64,000 nucleotides of DNA, taken from NCBI GenBank assembly GCA_964488565.1, contig CAZAUE010000002.1, positions 40,048 through 104,047 on the forward strand. The letters are read 5' to 3'. Each line of letters opens with the position of its first letter. The stretch's first letter is position 1. This document shows positions 56,822 through 64,000 of this stretch, one piece after another. Below the pieces are notes generated by a model. It searched no databases. It had not been told where the DNA came from and saw only the letters and a program-made list of their open reading frames with translations. This stretch comes from an uncultured Candidatus Saccharibacteria bacterium (lineage in GTDB: Bacteria; Patescibacteriota; Minisyncoccia; 2-02-FULL-40-12; GWA2-44-9). The position numbers and the translations under genes were made by a program.

Positions 56822-58021
56822 ATGAAGCATATGTTTGGAACTAAAATAAATACTGACCCTGAAAAGATTAAAGAAATTCTTGAACGAGGTGTTGATGAAG
56901 TTATCAATAAAGAACACCTTCAAGAACTTTTGCAAAGCGGAAAACAACTAAGAATAAAACTTGGCATAGATCCAACGTCTCCGAGTATTCACATTGGGCG
57001 TGCTGTAGTGCTTTGGAAGTTACGGGCGTTTCAAGATTTGGGCCATAAGGCAGTTTTAATCGTCGGAGATTTTACGGGACTGATAGGGGATACCTCAGAT
57101 AAGGAGTCTGAGCGACCCATGCTCACAGAAAAACAAGTGCAAGAAAACAAAAAGACATATTTTGAACAAGCTTTTAAAGTTCTTGATAAATCAAAAACAG
57201 AAACTAGATATAACTCTAGTTGGTTAAAAAAACTAGGATTTCTTGAGATTGGAAAATTGGCCGACATGTTCGGATTGCATGAGTTTGAGGCTCGAGAAAA
57301 TATTTCCAAAAGACTTAAAGAGGGAAAACGAGTTTCTCTCCGTGAGTTGCTTTACCCGCTTATGCAAGGATACGACAGCGTAGAGGTTAGAGCCGATGTG
57401 GAGCTTGGCGGCACAGATCAGAGGTTTAATTTGTTGGCAGGAAGAACTATTCAGCCGGCTTATGGGCAGAAACCACAGGACATATTGATGACGAATCTCA
57501 TAGATGGAACTGATGGACGTAAAATGTCTTCTTCGTGGGGTAATGCTATTAATCTTACTGATGAGCCTAATGATATGTTTGGTAAGGTTATGTCTGTTCG
57601 TGATGATATGATTGTTAGGTATTTTGAGCATGCGACTAGGGTTCCCATGAATGAAGTAGAAGTCATTAAAAATGAGCTTGAAGCTGGAGCAAGTCCTCGC
57701 GATATTAAAAAACGATTGGCCACAGAAATTGTTTCATTGTATTACAACACTAAAACAGCACAGGAATCTTCTCTTGAATGGGAAAAAGTTTTTTCTAAGA
57801 AAGAAATGCCAAGTGAAATTCAGGAAGCACCAGGAGAGGGGATGAAGCTGGTTGATTTTATGACAGAACACGCCATGGCAACTTCATCTTCAGAAGCAAA
57901 AAGATTATTGGACCAAGGAGCGGTTAGTGTAAACGAAGAAGTTGTAAAAGAATGGGGACGTGTGCTTAGGGGTGGAGATGTTGTGAAGGTTGGCTCAAGA
58001 AAATTTCTCAAAGTAGTTTAA
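56822..58021 (+). CDS. tyrS: Tyrosyl-tRNA synthetase
   Basis: GIDPT, HIGR, YPLMQGYD, GGTDQ, KMSSS, S4 domain. Confidence 0.96.
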   Translation: MKHMFGTKINTDPEKIKEILERGVDEVINKEHLQELLQSGKQLRIKLGIDPTSPSIHIGRAVVLWKLRAFQDLGHKAVLIVGDFTGLIGDTSDKESERPMLTEKQVQENKKTYFEQAFKVLDKSKTETRYNSSWLKKLGFLEIGKLADMFGLHEFEARENISKRLKEGKRVSLRELLYPLMQGYDSVEVRADVELGGTDQRFNLLAGRTIQPAYGQKPQDILMTNLIDGTDGRKMSSSWGNAINLTDEPNDMFGKVMSVRDDMIVRYFEHATRVPMNEVEVIKNELEAGASPRDIKKRLATEIVSLYYNTKTAQESSLEWEKVFSKKEMPSEIQEAPGEGMKLVDFMTEHAMATSSSEAKRLLDQGAVSVNEEVVKEWGRVLRGGDVVKVGSRKFLKVV

Positions 58022-58058
58022 ATAACAAAACACCCCAGAAAGGGGTGTTTTGTTATTG

Positions 58059-58229
58059 TTAGATTACTTCTTCAAGTTCTTCTTCCTCGTCCTCATCATC
58101 CTCTTCGTCTTCGTCTAAGTCATCTTCGTCGTCATCCTCTTCCAAATCTTCAATAGCATCGTCTTTTTTCTCTTCCACTTCATCCGCTTTTAAAACGTAT
58201 AGCGGATCCATTATTTCGTTTATTGCCAT
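58059..58229 (-). CDS. Small highly acidic protein
   Basis: MAINEIMDPLYVLKADEVEEKKDDAIEDLEEDDDEDDLDEDEEDDEDEEEELEEVI; terminator follows. Confidence 0.55.
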   Translation of the reverse strand: MAINEIMDPLYVLKADEVEEKKDDAIEDLEEDDDEDDLDEDEEDDEDEEEELEEVI

Positions 58230-58309
58230 GCTGGCCTTATTTATCTTGTTTCTATTGACGGGCCGCTTAAGAGCCGCCAGACCATATAAACGAGACATTT
58301 ATTAAAACT

Positions 58310-58780
58310 TTATCCAATTTTATTACTTACTCCGCAAATTGCAATAGCCAATGCATCTGCAGCATCATCGGGCCTGATTTCTTCTTTTATTCCCAGTATT
58401 AAACGAACCATTCTTTGGACCTGATTTTTGTCGGCTCCACCATGTCCTGATACAGCTTGTTTTACCTGCATAGGAGTAAACTCAAGAACGGGTAGGTTGT
58501 GATTGGCGAGAGTTAACATTAGTACCCCACGCATTTCCCCGACAGACATAACTGTTTTTTGGTTTTTAAAAAAGAATAGTCTTTCTACAACAGCTAGCTC
58601 TGGTTTGTGTTTCTTGATTAGTTTGGAGAGTTCTTTGGCTGTGTTTTTATAATCAAATAGTTTGTCTTTGCCATTATTTTTTATAATCCCGTAATCTAAA
58701 GACTCAAAACGATTACCCTCGTTTTTAATAACACCAAAACCTATTTGTGTGGTTCCAGGATCAATTCCAATAATTATCAT
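58310..58780 (-). CDS. ruvC: Holliday junction resolvase RuvC
   Basis: IIGIDPG, VERLFF, DDAADALAIAI. Confidence 0.96.
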   Translation of the reverse strand: MIIIGIDPGTTQIGFGVIKNEGNRFESLDYGIIKNNGKDKLFDYKNTAKELSKLIKKHKPELAVVERLFFFKNQKTVMSVGEMRGVLMLTLANHNLPVLEFTPMQVKQAVSGHGGADKNQVQRMVRLILGIKEEIRPDDAADALAIAICGVSNKIG

Positions 58781-58788
58781 ATTTACAA

Positions 58789-59298
58789 TTACTCAGCTAA
58801 ATTAGAGGTAACATCTTCTACTTCATCCTGATCATCTAGAGCTTCGAAAAGTTTCTCTACTTGCTCCTGAAGAGAGGAGTCATTGAGGGTCAATGGCTGA
58901 TTAAACATCCAAGTAAGACTTCCCGGTTGAACCAACTTAGAATTGTTTTCTCCTAATATTTTTTTAATTTCAGCCATTGTCCTGTTTCGGTTGTCAGTGA
59001 TGGCTTTTATTTTTAGAGCAACCCCTCCAGGGCCTAATGCTTCAATAGACAATTCTTCTAATTGAGCATGATCTTTATCGGCAACTTTTTTGATTGCCCT
59101 CTCTATGTTTTCGTTGGGCATGTTTACGGCTTTAGCATTTTCAATTGCTTGAACAAGAGAAGGATTAGATTTGGGATCAGGTCCTTTTTTGGCAGCCAAA
59201 GTAATCAGCCTAGAAAGCTTAGAAAATATTTGCCCTTTCTTCTTGTCAGTGATGGCTTTCTTGTGTTTTATTTGTGACCACTTGGAATGTCCTGACAT
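58789..59298 (-). CDS. yebC: YebC/PmpR family protein (short form)
   Basis: MSGHSKWSQIKHKK, TDNRNRT, LDDQDEVEDVTSN. Confidence 0.92.
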   Translation of the reverse strand: MSGHSKWSQIKHKKAITDKKKGQIFSKLSRLITLAAKKGPDPKSNPSLVQAIENAKAVNMPNENIERAIKKVADKDHAQLEELSIEALGPGGVALKIKAITDNRNRTMAEIKKILGENNSKLVQPGSLTWMFNQPLTLNDSSLQEQVEKLFEALDDQDEVEDVTSNLAE

Positions 59299-59302
59299 AT
59301 AA

Positions 59303-60349
59303 TTACAATAAGGTTTCTTTTACGGGTCGGCCTATGTGTTTTAATCCATTTGAAGTGATAATTCGGCCTTTGGGTGTTCGAGATAAAAATCCCATTTGCA
59401 TTAAGTATGGTTCGTAGACATCTTCAATCGTTCCTTCTTCTTCTGAAATGGCTGCTGCGATGGATTTAAGGCCTACGGGTCCGCCATCGAATTTTTCTGC
59501 GATAGCCAAGAGAATCTTCCTGTCGGTTTCCTCGAGGCCCTTGTGGTCAATTTCTAGAAGCTTAAGGCTCTCTTTGGCCAAGGTCTCGTTAATATAATCA
59601 ACATCTTTCATTTGTGCGTAGTCGCGAACCCTCTTTAATAGACGATTGGCTACGCGAGGAGTGTATCTAGATGAGGTGGCCACTATCTGTATTGCTGGCT
59701 TATCTATTTTTACAGATAATAATTCAGCAGAGCGACTAATTATTTTTTCAATATCCTCGTCTTTGTAAAAATCTAATCTGAAACTTACTCCGAATCTTGA
59801 ACGAAATGGAGCAGAGAGAAGTGAAATCTTTGTTGTTGCAGCTATCAAAGTAAATCTCGGAAGATCAATCTGAAGGGTTTTTGCTGAATTGCCTTTGCCG
59901 ATAACGATATCGAGTTTGAAGTTCTCCATCGCTGGATATATGACTTCTTCCACCATCTTATTAAGTCTGTGAACCTCATCAATAAACAAAACATCTCCAT
60001 CACTAAGACCTGTTAGTATTGAGCCGACATCACCAGCTTTTTCCAAAGCCGTGCCCGAAGTTATTTTGATACTTGCCCCGAGTTCTTTGGCGATAAGATA
60101 GGCGAGTGTAGTCTTTCCTAGTCCGGATGGACCATGAAGAAGTAGGTGCTCTATGGGCTCTTTGCGCTTCTTTGCCGCTCCAATGACCACTTTTAGGTTT
60201 TCTTTTATTCTGTTTTGGCCAATATATTCGTCAAAAGTTTTGGGCCTCAAAGCCTGATCAAGTAATTGATCCTCAGGGACAGGTTTTGGGGTCATAGAAT
60301 TAGGCTTGACATTCATGGCAATTTGAACTAAAATATGTAGACTATACAA
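59303..60349 (-). CDS. ruvB: Holliday junction branch migration ATPase RuvB (start probably near 60295-60316)
   Basis: LRPKTFDEYIGQ, GPSGLGKTT, FIDEVHR, YEPYL. Confidence 0.96.
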   Translation of the reverse strand: MYSLHILVQIAMNVKPNSMTPKPVPEDQLLDQALRPKTFDEYIGQNRIKENLKVVIGAAKKRKEPIEHLLLHGPSGLGKTTLAYLIAKELGASIKITSGTALEKAGDVGSILTGLSDGDVLFIDEVHRLNKMVEEVIYPAMENFKLDIVIGKGNSAKTLQIDLPRFTLIAATTKISLLSAPFRSRFGVSFRLDFYKDEDIEKIISRSAELLSVKIDKPAIQIVATSSRYTPRVANRLLKRVRDYAQMKDVDYINETLAKESLKLLEIDHKGLEETDRKILLAIAEKFDGGPVGLKSIAAAISEEEGTIEDVYEPYLMQMGFLSRTPKGRIITSNGLKHIGRPVKETLL

Positions 60350-60356
60350 GGACCTT

Positions 60357-60507
60357 TATAATCTGTAGGCAATTGGGTCGGAGTATTTTAATACATAGAT
60401 CCAATCGGGATATTATCTAGTTTGGATAGTTTGGTTTCGACTGGGCTACTCCTCGGAATTATCCTGCCCCGCGTTTTGTAAATTCGGGCATTTGCCTACA
60501 GATTATA
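60357..60507. other. Intergenic element closed by a 16-bp perfect inverted repeat
   Basis: tataatctgtaggcaa / ttgcctacagattata. Confidence 0.55.
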
Positions 60508-60548
60508 TGGGTTCTTTTCTTTTCCCGCCAATTTTGGCGGGTTTAATT

Positions 60549-62207
60549 TTAACCCAAAACCCTATCAATCTCTTCCACAGATGTAATTCCCTTCAGTAGT
60601 TTTAAATAGGCATCCTGCAACATGGTAACCATGCCTTCTTTTTCAGCCAACTCTTGAATGTCTGAAATCGCTGGTGATTTTAAAATTAATTTCTCCATTT
60701 CCTTGCTAATTATAAAAGCCTCGTAAACTCCTATTCTCCCTTTATATCCAAGCTCATTGCACTCCTTACATCCCTTACCCTGAGAGTAAATATTGGAGGA
60801 ATCAATTTCGGACAGTTTAAAACGGTCTTTTATGGGAGCCATGATTTTTTGTATTTTTTCTAGCGTTTCTGGTTTGACCTCATCTTGTTTTTTGCAATCT
60901 GGACAGAGTTTTCGAACCAGTCGTTGGGCCATGGCCATATTGATCGCCGGAGCAATAATCTGGGGTTGAATACCTAAGTCGATAAGACGGGGGATAGTTC
61001 CAGCCGAATCATTGGTGTGAATTGTAGACAAAACCAAGTGTCCAGTCAGAGCTGCTTGTAGGGCAATATCAGCCGTTTCTTCATCTCGTATTTCACCAAC
61101 AAGAATAATGTCTGGATCTTGTCTGACTATCGCTCTTAAGCCGTTAGCAAAACTATATCCCTTTTTAGTATCAACTTGAGTTTGGGAAATGCCTTGGATG
61201 TGGTATTCAATTGGATCTTCAATCGTGATTACTTTAGTGCCGGAAGAGTTTAGATAAGTAACAAAGGCATATAGACTGGTGGTCTTACCAGAACCAGTGG
61301 GTCCTGTGGTAAGAATGGCACCAGTAGCTTTGGTTAATTGTTCCCGCACTAACACCAAAAGGTCTTCACGCATTCCAAGATCTTCCAGGTTGGTTTTGAT
61401 AGATCGGGGATCTAGTAAGCGCATTACAATTGTTTCTCCATATTCACTTGGGAGAACAGAAACTCTGACCTCAATGTTGGCAACTTTTTGTTTGATGGTA
61501 AATCTGCCATCTTGTGGGGAACTGTGAATGTTTAGTTTTAGTTTGGACAAAACTTTAATACGATTCAAAAGTTTCTCGTACGTGGGTTTATCTAGAATGG
61601 TGACATCGTTTAAAACTCCATCAAATCTGTATCGAAGGCGAGTGTTTTCTGATTCTGGTTCAAAATGAATATCGGACGCACCTATCTTGAGGGCCCCCGC
61701 AATCAAAGTTTCAAGCATTTCGGTTGCTGAAATTTTATTTACCTTGTCCTTTAGGTCTCCAATATTTTTTATCTCATCCTGGATTTTTTTTAATTCTTCT
61801 TCTTTTATTTCTATGGCTCCAACTTCAAAAAGTTCATGCGTTTGGGCATATTTATATCGACTCAGTATATTATCAAGAACGGAAGGGGAAGTGACAATGG
61901 GGTTGATGACAAACCCTTTATCCTTGAGGCTATCTAATGTCTTTTGTGTCGCTGAGCTTTCTGGATTGGTTATGGCTACCGTTAGTTTGTTTCCTGCTTT
62001 GTATATAATAGCTAAATTTGAAGAGCGAGCTGTGTTTTCATCAATCAACATCAAAGCATCACTATCAATAGGGGCTGACTTTAAGTCCGAAAAAGGAAGG
62101 TTAAACTTTTTAGCCAAAGACACAGAGTCTTCCTCGGTTCTTTTTGTGGCCATTTCAGAAAGTTTCTTTTCTAACTCTTCTTCTTTTGTGTTTGTTGGTT
62201 CTGTCAT
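60549..62207 (-). CDS. Second PilB/GspE family ATPase
   Basis: ASDIHFEP, TGPTGSGKTT, RQDPDIILVGEIRD, CPDC..CKEC. Confidence 0.92.
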   Translation of the reverse strand: MTEPTNTKEEELEKKLSEMATKRTEEDSVSLAKKFNLPFSDLKSAPIDSDALMLIDENTARSSNLAIIYKAGNKLTVAITNPESSATQKTLDSLKDKGFVINPIVTSPSVLDNILSRYKYAQTHELFEVGAIEIKEEELKKIQDEIKNIGDLKDKVNKISATEMLETLIAGALKIGASDIHFEPESENTRLRYRFDGVLNDVTILDKPTYEKLLNRIKVLSKLKLNIHSSPQDGRFTIKQKVANIEVRVSVLPSEYGETIVMRLLDPRSIKTNLEDLGMREDLLVLVREQLTKATGAILTTGPTGSGKTTSLYAFVTYLNSSGTKVITIEDPIEYHIQGISQTQVDTKKGYSFANGLRAIVRQDPDIILVGEIRDEETADIALQAALTGHLVLSTIHTNDSAGTIPRLIDLGIQPQIIAPAINMAMAQRLVRKLCPDCKKQDEVKPETLEKIQKIMAPIKDRFKLSEIDSSNIYSQGKGCKECNELGYKGRIGVYEAFIISKEMEKLILKSPAISDIQELAEKEGMVTMLQDAYLKLLKGITSVEEIDRVLG

Positions 62208-62295
62208 TTTTAATCTTATTTTACCATGCTCTTAAGTATGCCTCAATCTAACGAATCAAGGTCTTTTGTAAAGATAAATTTGTGGATAAACCAGA

Positions 62296-63084
62296 TTAGA
62301 TGTTGATATGTTCTGCTGAAATAGTTTTTTTCATCAAAGTAGATGCAACATTTGAGAAAATCTTGCTATCTCCAGTCGTTAGATAATAGGTTTTACCACC
62401 TCTAGTGTTCAGGGAATCAGAATCTTTAAGAATGCTCAAAGTTCTTTTAGCGACCGCTTTTCCAGAATCAATAATTTTAACATTTGGACCCAGTTTCGAT
62501 TTAATCTTTGTTTTTAAAAAGGGATAGTGGGTACAACCAAGAACAATAGCATCAGCCCTGGCTATCTTTATTGGTTGCAAGAATTTTTGTAGAAGCAACT
62601 CTGTTTCTTTAGAATTTAGATCTCCATTTTCAACAACATTTTCAAGCCCAAAACAGCCGACATTAATAACCCTAACTCCTTGTGTGTGGTTGGAAATAAG
62701 ATCTGAAAGATAACCACTTTCAGAGGTGGATGGGGTAGAGATAATTCCAACACACTTGTTCGTGGTTTTTTCGGCGGCAGTTTTGATGGCCGGTACTGTA
62801 CCCACAAAAGGCACGGCGAATTTCTTTCTCAAAAAACCTATTGAATTACAGGTCGCGGTGTTGCAGGCCACTACTATCAACTTGGATTCGCTTTTTACAA
62901 GAAAATCGGAAATATTAGATGTAAGTCGGCAGAGCTGAGATTGAGATTTTTCTCCATAGGGAACATTGGCCTGATCGGCTAAAAAAATAAAGTCTTCTTT
63001 GGGGAGGAGTTTGTGGAGTTCCTTGAGTATGCTCAACCCTCCGACACCTGAATCAAACACCCCGATTGGACGTTTATCACTCAT
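62296..63084 (-). CDS. murI: Glutamate racemase
   Basis: FDSGVGGLS, VACNTA, LGCTHYP. Confidence 0.96.
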   Translation of the reverse strand: MSDKRPIGVFDSGVGGLSILKELHKLLPKEDFIFLADQANVPYGEKSQSQLCRLTSNISDFLVKSESKLIVVACNTATCNSIGFLRKKFAVPFVGTVPAIKTAAEKTTNKCVGIISTPSTSESGYLSDLISNHTQGVRVINVGCFGLENVVENGDLNSKETELLLQKFLQPIKIARADAIVLGCTHYPFLKTKIKSKLGPNVKIIDSGKAVAKRTLSILKDSDSLNTRGGKTYYLTTGDSKIFSNVASTLMKKTISAEHINI

Positions 63085-63219
63085 AGGATAAGTATACTAC
63101 AACCCTAAATATTCGCATTTGACTTTGTTTTTAAAAACTGATATTATGTATCTATAGATTGATTACTACTGATGTCCGCCGATGGCGGTCATTTGTTTAA
63201 TACAGTCCAAAAACTAAAT

Positions 63220-64000
63220 ATGGATACAAAACAATTCGTTTCGGCAATCAAACAAATTTCCGAAGAAAAAGGCATATCAGAAGCAAGCGTTCTGGAGACA
63301 ATAGAAGCGGCCATCGCAGCTGCTTACAAGAGAGACTATGGCAAGAAGGGTCAAATAATTAAAGCTAAACTCGATACTGAAAGCGGGGATCTTGTCATGA
63401 CCCAAACTCACTATGTCGTTGAGGGTGTTGATGAAGAGGGTTATTTAACCGGAACTTTGCCGACTAAGGTTATGGAAGAGAAGCCAGATCCTCAGGACTA
63501 TGATTCCAGATCAAGAAGAGAATATAGAGAGGTAGAAACTTCTGGAGAAGACGACATAATCAAGATAAAATATAATCCCGAAAAACATCTCTTGCTAGAA
63601 GAGGCAAAAAAGAAAAGCAAAAAAGCCAAAATTGGAGACGAAATTATCGTTAAACTTGAAACGCATACCGATTTCGGACGTATTGCTGCTCAGACCGCAA
63701 AGCAGGTTATTATTCAGCGATTGAGAGAGGCAGAGAGAGAAGCCATCTTCTCTGAATTTAAAGGAAGAGAGGGAGAAATAATTAGCGGTGTTGTTCAGAG
63801 AAAAGAGGGCCAATTGGTCTTTATTGATCTTGGAAAAACCAACGGATTGTTGATTCCTGCAGAACAAATACCGACAGATAATTACAGAATGAATCAAAGG
63901 TTCCGATTTATGATTTTAAAGGTTGAAGAAACTCCTCGTGGACCAGTCGTTTTGCTTTCTCGTTCTCACCCAAAGCTTGTGTTGGGATTGTTTAAGGTTG
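63220..64000 (+). CDS. nusA: Transcription factor NusA (partial, runs off window)
   Basis: MDTKQFVSAIKQISEEKGI, FGRIAAQTAKQVIIQR, S1 region; not in the ORF track. Confidence 0.93.
   Translation, partial: MDTKQFVSAIKQISEEKGISEASVLETIEAAIAAAYKRDYGKKGQIIKAKLDTESGDLVMTQTHYVVEGVDEEGYLTGTLPTKVMEEKPDPQDYDSRSRREYREVETSGEDDIIKIKYNPEKHLLLEEAKKKSKKAKIGDEIIVKLETHTDFGRIAAQTAKQVIIQRLREAEREAIFSEFKGREGEIISGVVQRKEGQLVFIDLGKTNGLLIPAEQIPTDNYRMNQRFRFMILKVEETPRGPVVLLSRSHPKLVLGLFKV

Noticed and set aside
1-64000. Alternative genetic code (TGA read as Gly, as in Gracilibacteria)
   Set aside because: Conserved genes are full-length under code 11 and several, including xer and ligA, end in TGA

Overview
Origin-proximal chromosomal segment of a Patescibacteria (CPR) bacterium, most likely Parcubacteria. 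This is inferred from the AT-rich sequence, genetic code 11, shortened IF-2, YebC and Jag proteins, and a CPR-style type IV pilus locus plus a T4SS-like locus. Housekeeping content: rpmH-dnaA-oriC-dnaN, yidC/rnpA, pnp/rpsO, infB, ligA, gatCA, cca, pcrA, rsmA, tyrS, ruvB/yebC/ruvC, murI, partial nusA and 7 tRNAs. Competence content: yraN, comM, comF, pilMNO-B-T-C-A-D with minor pilins, and a second pilB. Most notable: (1) the VirB6-like protein of the PrgI/VirB4 cluster ends in a DpnI-type winged-helix domain, a methyl-GATC reader in DpnI; (2) a family of structured elements trails five tRNA genes, three of them carrying both a sense and an antisense copy of their own tRNA's 3' end; (3) a covarying three-hairpin element exactly fills the stop-to-start gap before both pilB and rnpA; (4) four parS-like sites with a non-canonical core; (5) an aberrant tRNA-like cloverleaf ahead of gatCA; (6) several MITE-like or nested palindromic elements, one beside oriC. 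All family assignments come from reading the sequence by eye; no searches were run.
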